A stretch of 63,877 nt of DNA, the filler included, from Lenisia limosa (Eukaryota; Protista; Breviatea): NCBI GenBank assembly GCA_001655205.1. It is 15 parts of 15 records of this genome, joined end to end, with 100 filler letters (N's around TTAATTAATTAA, not from the genome) between each part and the next. Parts side by side here need not be neighbours in the genome. Positions count along the whole stretch, not along the records: positions 37,450 to 41,931 come from LPNZ01007876.1; positions 42,032 to 43,415 come from LPNZ01007883.1; positions 43,516 to 50,014 come from LPNZ01006294.1; positions 50,115 to 54,591 come from LPNZ01011328.1; 11 more parts are not named here. One strand, 5' to 3'. Position numbers and translations under genes: made by a program. Shown here piece after piece: positions 37,588-50,236 of the stretch. The notes under the pieces were generated by a model, which saw nothing but the letters and a program-made list of their open reading frames with translations, did not search any database and was not told the origin of the DNA. Numbering within the stretch: position 1 is the first letter of the stretch; every line of letters begins with the position of its first letter.

Positions 37588-40500
37588 CCATCTTTTAAGG
37601 TGTATATCCTGGGGTTGAAACGGACTGCGGAAGTTGGGCTGTCAGCGCCGGGCAGGTTGAGGAGCGGTACCGCATTCGACCTGGGTGTGAAGATGGTAAG
37701 TTTTGTTTTATATGTAAACAAAACATAGGAGGGCTGCAAATTTTTTTTCAAAAAAAAATTGCCCAGGCCTATCACTTCTGAAGCAGCGCATCCCAAAATA
37801 TAACGTTGGTACTATTTTGACCCAATAGCTCACCCCCCACCCACCCTAGGGCATCCGCACTTGAAAACACGAAGGTCTGGTTCTCGTCTTTGCCCTCGGT
37901 GGCCTTGATTCGCCCTAAATCTGTGATCTTGGACTGTGTATATAAATTAAATTATATAATACTAAATTCGGAATCCTGGGTTGTGAATAAGATTATATAA
38001 TTCCGCAATCTTGGGTTTACACATAAATCTAAATCTGTATTTATAACTCTAAACAAAATCTATTTATATCAGTTCTCGATGGCGTTTATTCTTGGGTCAT
38101 GCAAACACTCTTTGGACTATTTGATTCGAAACTCTTAGAAAATAAGCTATTTGGATAATCCAAAATCGTATAAAATCCCTAAAACCGTAATAATGGGACA
38201 TGTAAAAAAATCTTGCCAGAAACCAAATTCCCCCCCACCACTTGGACAGACCAAAAGCGCTCCATCAGGACTGTAAGCCAATCTACGGTAGAACCTGGCA
38301 ACATTAGTTACATTAACGTTACATTAGCGTTACATTAGCGTGACATTAGGGTTACATTATTGTTACATTATTGTTACATCAGTGTAATATTATTGTTATA
38401 TTAGTTTTAATAAACTATCTACTTTTGTGAAGTCAACCGCTGGATCTCTATGATTCTAGTTTCAATAGAGACTTTACTGAAAACAATTTTTAACATTACA
38501 ACAATATTGGATACATTAGCTCCCCCCCCCCCCNNNNNNNNNNNNNNNNNNNNNNNNNNNNNNNNNNNNNNNNNNNNNNNNNNNNNNNNNNNNNNNNNNN
38601 NNNNNNNNNNNNNNNNNNNNNNNNNNNNNNNNNNNNNNNNNNNNNNNNNNNNNNNNNNNNNNNNNNNNGGTCTTTTCGAACCTAAGTGAAGCCCTAATCA
38701 CATGCCCTCCATCCTCCCCCCACGTTGGAATATGCTCGTCATGGAACAATCTAGCCCGGACCTCCACCGGTTTCTTCGGTCTAAGACCGCCCTCATCGTC
38801 ACTTGAATCTAGGGGAATATGAGGTGGGGGAGTAAAACGAAGGAAATTTAGATGAGTACGTTGGCGTAAACGTAATAATCACGAACCGGATAATCTGAAA
38901 CATAAAGAAAGTTCATGAAGCAAAAAAGCCGAAAATCAACTCTGTTGGCTAGCAACACAAAAGAGTTAAGAACAGCAGAACAAACTAAGCCAACCCAAAG
39001 TGCTCTCTTAACTATACTATTACTAATGTTTTTTTACATGTAATATATTAATTATATCTATGATTTTTGATAGTAATATATAATATGTGCAAAATTAATT
39101 AAAATGATGTTTTAAGGATTAGGATTAGGTACAATATCCCCCTCAAACCATTTTTTGATTTCTGGGGCTTCTTTCTCCCTCTGACCACATCTTCCTCATC
39201 ACTATCAGATTCTGCTTCAATCGCACTGAAATGTCAAATATCCTCAATTGCCCTGAAAATGTCAAATCTCTCCTAATGTACTGCAATGCTAAATATCCCT
39301 CCATCACAGCATATTTTTCATTTTTCGGTCATTTTCACAACGGTAGACTATCGTTTTCCATTCAATGATAAGCCAACAAGCCCCGCTGAAAATATGATAC
39401 TCTCGGGGTGAACCCTCGCGTTATCTCCGTTCATCATTTCGACAAGTCGGATATATCATCATATCACTCGTGGATATGTCATAATTTTGACTCGAAAGTC
39501 GGACATATCCTCAACTCACGAGTGAATATCTCATGAAATGATATGGGACACAACGGCATCCATGAAAAAGAATACCTGTTCTCTTTGGGAGGTTCGTCTC
39601 CGGATTCGGAGGGCTGGGGAGCGGGTTCAGATTTAGGCTCAGATTTAGACTCGGATGAAAGGTCCTCCCTAGGTTGTAAGATTTGAAAGACAAATAATAA
39701 CCAATCATATCCTATATTGTTAGTCCAAGCCCTTATTAGCTAATCCCCCACCCTCGCGCACTTTTGTTCGGGTCCCCCTGGGGCAACAGGATTCTGTTCG
39801 GCCTTGATTTTGGTCACGGCGGCGGCCCGGGAGGATATGTCGGTTTTGGACAGATGCGAGATATTGCCACTCGAAGTGAAAGGCTGCGGGGAGGGGTATA
39901 CATTATACTTTATATTAAATAGAACAGAATTTAGCAACACATATACATATTACATAATAACAAAAAAAAAAAGAGAGGGAGGAAGTAATCATTCTAGGTG
40001 TCCTTTTTGTGCTTTGTAAGACGCNNNNNNNNNNNNNNNNNNNNNNNNNNNNNNNNNNNNNNNNNNNNNNNNNNNNNNNNNNNNNNNNNNNNNNNNNNNN
40101 NNNNNNNNNNNNNNNNNNNNNNNNNNNNNNAATCGCATTGCGACCAAGAGATCCCGTCAAGATATCAGTGTCGATGTGGTACTCAGATGTCTTCACCGAG
40201 ACCTCTATGATTTGGTTAAGTATTATTGATGGATACAGATTGTGGTACCAACTGTGGCGTTAGTGTCAGGTGGCCATTTTCGTAAAAAGAAAGGCAACGA
40301 ATGGGAACGGGTAAGATAATCTATTATACCTTCATGTCTGTTGTGAGTCATACGCAACAGTAATTCCTAAAAAAAAGGTGGCCATTATTTGACGTTGTCA
40401 GATCCCCCAACCGAATGGAGCCATCTTGCTGAAGCACTGTCCGACTTGTCAGTCTGATATTGTAAATTACTGTTCCATATTTGCCAATTACCAATCAGCT

Positions 40501-41880
40501 TGAATCTACATACGAAACCGAAGGAAAGGTGTTCACGACAGGTAGAACCATCGCGGTTTATAGTGAGGGAATAATATGTAATATAAATGTGTATTTAACT
40601 GCCAATTTCTGTGGACTTGTATAATTTCCTAATTCACGACTTACAATGCCAAGAGTGTAAGGGTGATGTCCCCTTCGTGGGTGACTCTGTTGGGCTGGTG
40701 AGGTTTTCCCAGAGAAGGTTGCAACCTATTCACTGGCCGTTTTTATTCACGATGAAAGACCTCTCTTCAAGAAGGCAAAAGACCGAGCCCGTTCTTGGGA
40801 TGGACAGCCCCCGTCAATTGCCGATATACAAGCTTCATTTTTTGTTTTAAAAATTTCTTCCCTTAGGAAAAAAGTACAGGTCTCTTATCAAAATGCCGCA
40901 AGTCTTCAAACATCTGTCTTTATGGGGAAGCCTGATCAGCTTAAGAACATTGGGCGGTCAGCTAGGCAATGTCAACTGTAATTTGACACTGTGGTTGTTT
41001 AGGAGCCATCGCCTTTTGTGGCACAGAGTTAATTCTTGTACATGATGAAAAGTAGGCTGTATGTTTGTCACTTACCTTTAAGCTTACATTACGGAACCGT
41101 AGCGTGCGTTCCACGAGAGGATATTAGTAGGGGTGGGAAGGACATTCAACTAATTTCCTGGACTTCCTGAGTAACTGATAAACTTGTAAGAACCATGCAT
41201 GTCATTTACCTCGACTCCCTTGGTAATACTCTAAAGCTCCAGACTCAAAATCCTGCCAAGAGATCCCATGCCAAGGCTTTCAGTCTTCACATCCAAGTTC
41301 CTTGGAGCCTAAAAATCTCTTTGCGATCTGGGCCCTATTACAGGGCATTATTACGTAATGGTTCAGTGATAACATTTGAAGAAATTAATTGACAAAAGTT
41401 AAAGTGGCGTTCTCATTCCAATATGTCTCATTCCAAAATTTTCAATTTTTTTTTTTTTTTTTTAAATTAACTGCACGGAGTCTAAGTAATAACACAACAG
41501 AACCCGCAATTGCATCGAGGGCTTTCTCTCAATTACGNNNNNNNNNNNNNNNNNNNNNNNNNNNNNNNNNNNNNNNNNNNNNNNNNNNNNNNNNNNNNNN
41601 NNNNNNNNNNNNNNNNNNNNNNNNNNNNNNNNNNNNNNNNNNNNTATCAGGGGGGGAAAAAAGTTAATTAAATAATAATAAAATGAAATTGAAAAAAAGA
41701 AACAAAAAGAAAATACTCACAAAACAATAACAATGTGTTTTTTCGTTTTTAAAAATACCCTCCCCCCATTCTCTCTCCCACGCCCACCTGTTTCCCCTTT
41801 CGAGAGAAGGTGCGAACGGAGCAGTCGGCACTTTGCGATGCGAAACATTGTCCCGAAGGGTGGAACGCCACTCCTGTGGG
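37587..41880 (-). CDS. CHAF1B: Chromatin assembly factor 1 subunit B (CHAF1B/Cac2, WD40) fragment with a long low-complexity insert
   Basis: PTGVAFHPSGQCFASQSADCSVRTFS; ..RARLFHDEHIPT; FYRRLAYSPDGALLVCP; GRIK..ENQTFVFS; AVPLLNLPGADSPTSAVRFNPRIYTL. These correspond to recalled p60 motifs [48 protein letters not shown]. Confidence 0.82.
38305..38405. repeat. Degenerate 11-bp tandem repeat
   Basis: GTTACATTAGC / GTTACATTATT units, about 9 copies, intronic. Confidence 0.75.
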
Positions 41881-42031
41881 CTGTGAGAGGGATGGAAATG
41901 TTGCTAAAGAAGGAGAGGGGGGGGGGGGGGGNNNNNNNNNNNNNNNNNNNNNNNNNNNNNNNNNNNNNNNNNNNNTTAATTAATTAANNNNNNNNNNNNN
42001 NNNNNNNNNNNNNNNNNNNNNNNNNNNNNNN

Positions 42032-43319
42032 CTGTCTACCAGCGCGGTGGACGAATACGCCTGGTCAATGGACAGAGAAGGCAAATGGTACATTAACGAA
42101 CTCATGATTTCCTTCATTCCGTCCATCAAGGCTGGACTCGAGCTTGGTGAGTGGTATTTTGGCAACAATAATGTAATGTTAAAAACAAATATATCAATTA
42201 ATTGAAGGAACAAATAGAACACATTCGGGTTGTTGTGACGCTTGTCGTTGTGAAACCATCAGCTTGATTTTTTTTTTTTTTTTTTTTTTTTTNNNNNNNN
42301 NNNNNNNNNNNNNNNNNNNNNNNNNNNNNNNNNNNNNNNNNNNNNNNNNNNNNNNNNNNNNNNNNNNNNNNNNNNNNNNNNNNNNNNNNNNNNNNNNNNN
42401 NNNNNNNNNNNNNNNNNNNNNNNNNNNNNNNNNNNNNNTTCAGTTCCCAAAAACCCGGAAAGCGATAGTTTTCGCGAGAAATTCAGTCTTTTTTTGAATA
42501 TTGTTGGTGATTTTAAACCTAATTCTTCAGATTTCGGTCCCGTCGGCTCAATTTCCCTCTATGTTCAAGTTTCCGTTGGCTTCCACTTCAGGTTAGTGCG
42601 GGTTCCCTACACTACGACGCATGGACTTAGGATCCCCTGTTATTATTTGGGAATCCCATAAACTTCTTCAAATTTCCATAAAAAAATTACATAGGATTCC
42701 CATATACAGTACGGGAATTCCAACGTTTTCACAAGAATCCTAAGTCGATGCGCCGTAGTATAAAGAGAGAAACGAGTACAACACCGATAATGCATGTGAT
42801 CAGTGCTTCGCAACGGTCCGAAAAAAGGCTCATCCAAAAAATGGGGTGGCAGCGTCTGTAGTAAAAAAGGTGATAAAAGTGGTATTTTTATGAACAAAAT
42901 TAAAAAATACACGGTTCATTGTTGCAACTACAGAGACGTTTTAAAAGAGCCACCCCATTTTTAGACAGGCCCGAAAAAGACCAGAATAATATCGATATGG
43001 ACCGTAGGGAAGCCATACATGTGATAAAGCTCAATATCTGTGCCATTTCTTAAGCTCTCCTTCTTCATTTCACACAATTTCCCAGTGTTGTTGGATCAAT
43101 TAAAAAAAACTTGTATTTGAACGAAGCCGTCCAACGATTCGTTTATGAGAAGTTGATATGTACATATGATATGTAGTTAGTCTCATTCTTCAATCCGCTC
43201 AATTCCCCAGTGTTGTTCGAGGCAAACCTGTCTATGTAACGATTGATGCGTCCATTACGGTCAGCATAGAAATGCTGAGCTTCATCACCATCGAGAAGAC
43301 CATTTGGAAGATGCCACAA
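42032..43319 (+). CDS. Hypothetical protein fragment, beta-strand-rich
   Basis: Three phase-compatible exons: LSTSAVDEYAWSMDREGKWYINELMISFIPSIKAGLEL / DFGPVGSISLYVQVSVGFHF / SVVRGKPVYVTIDASITVSIEMLSFITIEKTIWKMPQ. No family recognised. Confidence 0.5.
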
Positions 43320-44284
43320 GTAGGGTAATATAAACACATATTAGCATATAGTGTATGTAAATGTACCTACATATAGCTATATACACTCCTATTATCACCT
43401 TATCCCCCCCCCCCCNNNNNNNNNNNNNNNNNNNNNNNNNNNNNNNNNNNNNNNNNNNNTTAATTAATTAANNNNNNNNNNNNNNNNNNNNNNNNNNNNN
43501 NNNNNNNNNNNNNNNCAACATACACGAACATACCAAAGGAATTACTGAGCACCATGACGACAGGAGACGGAGTACCAGCCGGAGGGAGGTGGCGCGGATG
43601 AGGGACTGTTGTTTGATTTTCTCAAGTAATATAATGTAAATATAATAAAATATTAAACGAATGAAAGGGGAGGGATGGGAAGGGAAGATGCTGGGTGGGA
43701 AGATGGATTGGGATGCCGGATGACAAATGCCCAGCATTTGCACATTCACCAAGTCAGATAATCCGCTTCCTGTATGTCAAAACAAGTCCGAGTACTCAAA
43801 CATGTTCCCCTTCGTCAATAATGGCACTGTTATTATAGAGAGTTTCAAAATACCTAATGTGGAGTGAGAGTCATCGGAATGGGGAAACAAAGTTGTGCAC
43901 ATACTTTCCGTCAGAAACCATATGTGAAGACATTTTGAGGACCCAAAATTTTTGGTTGCTCCCAAAAAACAATCTGTATTCTGTATTATATCTTACAAAC
44001 CTTCATTAAGTGCGGCGGCAGAGTTGGCCCCTCTGCCATCGTCCCTTAGTTTTTCGACTCTAAATAATAAACATCAAAGCAAGTGAAACACAATACCATC
44101 ATCGGAGGCTTCTTCTTCAACAGCTCATCGGCGCTTGAGGTTGTTCAATGAAGGAGAAGCAAGATGACATAAACTAGCTAAAAACAGCAAATAATTACAT
44201 CAAAAATAGATCACTACGTAATAGTTGAAAACGAAGTTTAAATACTATATTACGTAACTTACAGCATTCATCAAGGACGGGGCA

Positions 44285-45135
44285 ATGTACTTGGTGAAGT
44301 TCTTAATGACAGTGGCATCTGTGTAATTGGACAACAAACTTGCCCTACAGGACAGACTGAATGTGGTGATGACTGTTGCACCTCTTCAGAGCAATGTATC
44401 AACGTATTATGCACTATTGTTAATCCTACGTGTTCTACTGGTCAAACCATTTGCGGCAGCCAATGTTGCACCTCATCTGAGACTTGCGTGGATAATATGT
44501 GCATTCCTCAGGAAACTTGCTCAACTCGCTTCACCTCCTGGCAGCATGCATTCTATACCTGTTCTGGTGCAAAGTGCGTAGCTCGTCTTCGTATTTGTCT
44601 CACTGACCACTTCCAATGCGACAGACACTGCTGCGACTCTGTTACTAAAATGTGTGTTAACAATGAGTGTGGGGCGAAGGGTAATGGATGTACTTCAGGC
44701 TCAACTGAGTGTGGAACAGACTGCTGCGAATCCAACGAAGTTTGCATTGATGGTGAGTGCATTGTGCCTACCCAGTGTCCTGGTCCCCAGGTCTGTGGTG
44801 ATGACTGCTGCACTACCGCCCAGGAATGTATCAATGGACATTGTGTTAATCCTACAACATGCCCAGTTGGTGAAACAAAATGGGCAGAAGATTGCTGTGA
44901 CTCCACTGAGCTCTATCTCAACAACGTTTGTGTTCCCAAACAAGACACTTGCCCAACTAATTGGGTTGCCTGTGGTGAAGGTAACTGTTGCAGACACTCC
45001 ACCCACTTTTGCCGTAATGATGAGTGTATTGCACGCCCTCGTGTTTGTGACACTGGTTTCTTCCAATGTGATGCTTCATGCTGCAACTTTACAACCTATG
45101 AATGTGTTAATAAGCAGTGTATTGTCAAAGTTTAA
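44285..45135 (+). CDS. Cys-rich repeat protein, probably secreted; 5' end either frameshifted or spliced
   Basis: An open frame from about 44266 to TAA 45135 carries about 10 repeats of C-x5-C-x3-CC-x5-C-x4-C (e.g. CPTGQTECGDDCCTSSEQCINVLC). The provided ORF 44488-45135 is its 3' part. Confidence 0.8.
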
Positions 45136-45725
45136 CCTTACAGCACCTTTCTTTTCAATGTAATAACTCTATTTCTGAATTTCATGCATCGTGTAATGTA
45201 AGTTGGGTTAGGGAGGGAAGTTGATGTGAACATACATATTTTGACATATATTATCATTTTACTTGTTCCTGGTCAGAGCAATTCTACATAGTCATTAACC
45301 TTTCAGTTGAGGAAGGACTCTCTTTTCAAGTCTTAACTTTGGCATCATGTATGAAATCTCTTACTTTCATTTTTGAGAATAATGCCGAAAATGGGTTTAG
45401 AGGTTTTATGTAATAAGGTTTCACATAATACAAGTGAATTGAACTTTGAAATAGTCTCTCTATTTCTTCAAAAAAATCCAGAATCTGGTAGAATCTGGTC
45501 AGCTGACCATTTCATGCATAACCATATAGTTTTTTGGATATGACATTTTATCACACTCTTGCACCTAAATCGTGTTTTTAGACTCAAAAAAATGAATAAT
45601 AGAAAATAACTTGGAATAGAGCGGGAAACAACCATAGATAAACAAAACACAATCACAAACTATAACTCCTTATAGTAACATACAGGGCAAGGAATTTCAG
45701 GCATATTTTTCTCACTTGCTTCTCC

Positions 45726-45874
45726 TTCAAGCGAAATGGTTTAGATAGGCTCGAAAAAAGCTATCATCAAATTTGCGATTTTTTACCAAAAACCCCCAAA
45801 AAAGGGTATTTCTGTCAAAATCATCAAAATGTAGCAGCTACTTTCTCGGGCCTATCTAAACCATTTCGCTTGAA
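45726..45874. repeat. Inverted repeat with arms of about 35 bp in transposon-like non-coding DNA
   Basis: TTCAAGCGAAATGGTTTAGATAGGCTCGAAAAAAGCT ... AGCTACTTTCTCGGGCCTATCTAAACCATTTCGCTTGAA. Confidence 0.8.
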
Positions 45875-48800
45875 AAGCATACCAAAAGATAGCTACAAGT
45901 CATACAAAGTTGTTTCCGCTATATAAACTCTCGAAAGTCGAAACCTGTCAAATATGTTAGTAAATTACAGATTTTTGGAACTTTCCGTTGTTTTCCCATA
46001 TAAGGCAAGTCCTTTGGATAGTGACAGAAATTTTTGCAGGAAAATGTTGATTTTTATCTGCAACTTGCTTGTTTAGCGTTGGATTCCACTAAATTGACTT
46101 GAGTCGTTTAGAATGGCCCCTAACTTTTTTAGTCGGAAAAATATAATTCATCCGAAAGGTTGTGCGTGAAAAAATAAAATTTTTAAAAACTCAAAACTAC
46201 CCAGAATTTGAATGTGGTATGAAAACTGTAACCCATATGCAGTTCAAAACAATAATTGCGTTTTGTATATGAACAAAATAGTTTGGAGGAAAATATAGAC
46301 TATTTTACCAATATTACTACATGTTTTTTTTTCTACACTTTAAGACAACTCTGGGTTCTCAAAATTGAAAACAAAAAAGTGGTGGAACATAGAATGTCCA
46401 TTTCACAAGTATTTGTCGAAGAATGGATTGGAAGTAAGCTGAGTTGGGATTTCATGACATAATAGTCTTTTGTAATTGGGTTTCTCCACCGGGAATAACT
46501 GATCACCGGTACTTTTTATGTTAAAATAAAAAACAAATAAAAGTTGAAAAAATAACAAAATACAGGGGATTAGTCAAAATACTGAGGATTACTTTTTCCC
46601 ATTTTTACCTGATTCATTGAAAATTATTTTGCTCTTCATGGTACCATATTTTGTGGCGTGTCACATTAGGAGTTGCAACTAATTGAATGTCCATTTTATC
46701 GCTATTATTGCCAAAATAGAATCCAGAATTATAATGTTGTCATTTTAACTCTCGGTGCCGAGATGTTGCAATCCCTGACATACGTCCAGACTGAAGACAA
46801 ACACATTGAGGACAGCTTTGATTTGTACCATTGGCGTTTCGCCGGACTGTGTCCTATATTTTGACGTTTAATAGTGTTACTGCGATTGCAAAGACATGCA
46901 GTTACTCCGACAAGGAAGTCAAAGCACTTTACGGTCGGGTTCCGGCCAACTTATCTTCATATTTCACGGATACACCGGGTGACAAGAAAGCCTGTCAAAA
47001 CGACAAATCGTTCATGTCTGCTCTCGCCAGCATCTCTAAATATCGCGATGGAAATCTCTCCGAAAATAGGGAGTTTTGAATTTGATAGCACCAGTACCAA
47101 TTTAGAAATGTTTGTCATGTCATGTCTTTGTTTATTTCAATAGGGACCAAAAATTCATGGCAGAGTACTACAAAAAGAGAATCTTAACAAAGAATATCGC
47201 AAAAGTGAGCGTGGCTATGTAAATGACGTTTGGTGGTGGTGGGGTGTATTATTTGTTATTATTTTAGTGGTGTGCGGCGTTTCATATTCTTCCTCATTTC
47301 TTGGATGACACCCTATAGGTTCGCAATGGAGGGTTCTCGTCTTCAATTGAAGGTTTTTACAAAACCGGTCATATGATTAACGGATGAAAGTATATGATAT
47401 ACTATACTACAAGGACGAGGCATATGAAGTTCTTCTTCTTATCAAACTATTGAAGTGGAGTAAAAGCTGAGTCACAGAGGAAGCAGTGGATTCTGGATTG
47501 TATGTTTCAACTTGTTTTGTGTATTTTCCTATTGTTTTAATTTTAAAATAGAACATATCACTGAAGAAGAAATTTACTGAAGCAGATTTCCTGAGTTTGA
47601 ACCACCAATGCAGCTAATGGACTTCGAAGAATGTTTGAAGCAGATGGTGTTTGGTATATGAGGTCGAAGGTTTTCTATTTTGTATTGTTTGGTTGGTTTT
47701 GTTCAGTTCTTTTGTATGATAACATTTTCTTTTTACATATTCTGTGATTCATGAAACATGAGAGACTTATTGAATAACAGGTTGCGCTTTTGTCTTATTT
47801 AATATGTGAATATGTTGACACGGTGATATAGTATTATAAAGGGAGGGCTGGCCATGATAACGGAGATGAATCAAGCTATACCTATACGGAAAAAACCAAC
47901 ATAAGTGCATCCAAGGAAACTGCACTTGATTGCCTGAAGAGTAAGGAATGAAGCAACCCATACAACACGCATAAAATACACTGTAACCCAAGACTTGGAA
48001 TATGACATCAATCAAACCACAACCCTCATTTGCACCCTAATGATTTAGGAAAGATCTCTACCCCCTCTTACGAACTCGATACAGGTCTTTTTCTGCCAAC
48101 TTCCTTGAAGCTACGCTGGAGTGAGCTGGCCTTGTTGCGAGCAGACTGGGTCTTGATCTTCTCTGAAAAATCGGGCTCGAGGGAGGCCTTGGCTTGGTCG
48201 ATGCCTTCAGAAGTCAGAATGCAGGGGGTACGGCCACATCGCTTGCAGGTCTTCTTGCTGCACACAAATAAAAGATACTAAAGAGCAAAAAAAGACGATG
48301 ACAACAAACAAAACCAAAAAACAATAACAAAAATGAAGCAATAAGAATTACAAATACCAATGAATAAAATCAGAAAGATATAACACCCACAAGTTCCAAC
48401 AATCTGTCAGAAACTTGAAATAATTATAGTAAATATGATATATTACTAGCACAGTCCCAATCTTTATTGGCTTTGTTCCTCTGTCCATTGAATGTGAAGA
48501 CATCATTGAACATTGCATGCATTGGGAGGGAATGCTTAAAGAGGAGCATCAGGTAAAGATATGTCAGTTTGTCCGAAAGGCAAGGGAACATGGGGGTACC
48601 ATCGTGATAAAGGTGCATAGTCTAGACTATTAAGACCCCCAGGAAAGAGTTTCATGACCAAGCATCAAAATATAACATTTTCGACATAATGTCGACATAC
48701 GTTTGGGCGGAAGTGTGATTTCTCACCCCCGTTCCGATGAAGTACTGATGCAGTTCATCGCAATGGCTGTCTCTAACACGGTGTCTGGGAGATCATTAAA

Positions 48801-49377
48801 CTCAGAGACGGGAAAATAACATACAATGGCAACAGAAGAGTCACGAAACCCAGTGTATCGCACAAGGGGGATCTTTGGGAGTCCAAACTATGATTCAAGC
48901 GATACTAGTTCGTATATTACAACTAAATTTAGTGAATAAATGGGTTAAACCGGTTTGAAACCCCGTACATGATAATCGCGCCCGCGCAGAGTCCAGTGAC
49001 TGCAGCTGTCTACTCCATATTTTCCTTCAAGTACCGCCCAAATAGTGTATTATCATCGTGCAATATAAACTGGCTACATAACACTCCTATATCGCGGTTT
49101 TATTTTTCTTAACAATTTTTTCCCTAGACGCCGGCGGGTATATTCTCGGAAAATTAGTTCCTTCCTTATACCCTGGAAGCTTTCAACTTTTTCGCTCTAC
49201 TCATTTCGTAGTTTTTTACACTTTAAATTTCTAATTCCCTTCTCATCTAGTTCTCTGGGCTTGTCATATGAAGACATGGTTGGTTAGGGAATCCCTCTTC
49301 ATGACTTCCCTATCGTATTCTGTTGTTAGTTGTCAACACTTAGGTCAAATGCTCCAGGAAACTGTAAACACAAGGTC

Positions 49378-49724
49378 ATGTCCCTAGAAGAAGCTTTTCG
49401 CGCAAACCCTGGTGCTTTCCCTATTTCATCTCCAGATCAGCTGGGGCTTCATCAGATCGAGGTTGCCAATCTTCTTCTGCGACGGGAGTCTGTTGCTGCT
49501 GTTCTGCCAACAGAAAGTGGTAAATCGCTGATTTCTGTCATCGTTGCGCTTCAGTTTCAGGTTTATTGTCATTATTGTATGGGCATTGTTGCGGTGATCG
49601 GGATGGAAGGGGGGGTAATTTTTCAGTCATTTTATTGTCATCTCTGTTTCATATCCAGCGCGCCAGCAAAGCAGGTCTTGCAGCAGGTCTTGTACTGGAT
49701 GAAGCATGCAGCTTTAGACAGGCC
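49378..49724 (+). pseudogene. Degenerate RecQ-like SF2 helicase N-terminal fragment
   Basis: HQIEVANLLLRRESVAAVLPTESGKSLISVIVAL resembles the RecQ Q-motif/motif I pattern Q..AI..LL..RDV..VLPTG.GKSL, and LVLDEACSF resembles motif II DEAH. Both motifs are altered and motifs Ia-Ib are not evident. Confidence 0.5.
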
Positions 49725-50236
49725 GTAAGTGGGGGGGGGGTTGCTTTTTTTGNNNNNNNNNNNNNNNNNNNNNNNNNNNNNNNNNNNNNNNNNNNNNNNN
49801 TTTTTTTTTTATTATTTTATAATATGATGTCTCAATGTGTTTCGCTCTACAATGAATGAGCAGCTGAAGTTCTCGACGGAACCTTGGGGACCGAAATAAC
49901 GTTATAGAATATTATAAACGAGTTGCGATAGCAACGAAGTCTCACTTAGCAACTTCTCTTTTGGTTGCTTCGGCGTAACTAATCGCCTTATATCGCCATT
50001 TTGCCCACAAATGTNNNNNNNNNNNNNNNNNNNNNNNNNNNNNNNNNNNNNNNNNNNNTTAATTAATTAANNNNNNNNNNNNNNNNNNNNNNNNNNNNNN
50101 NNNNNNNNNNNNNNCCAATTTTAAGTGGGACCTACTGTAAAAGCTCCTTTTTTGATGCTGTATTTCTAATTTTATCCATTGAGACACTTTAATTTTTAAT
50201 TTTATCAATTTCTTTCACCAAATTAATTGGCACCAG

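Noticed and set aside
46673-48700. Short ORFs (46673-46864, 46831-47079, 47767-48015, 48068-48265) as a viral or transposon gene cluster
   Set aside because: No recognisable integrase, RT, transposase, capsid or polymerase motif is present, and the frames are interrupted. These are at best degenerate hypothetical exons.
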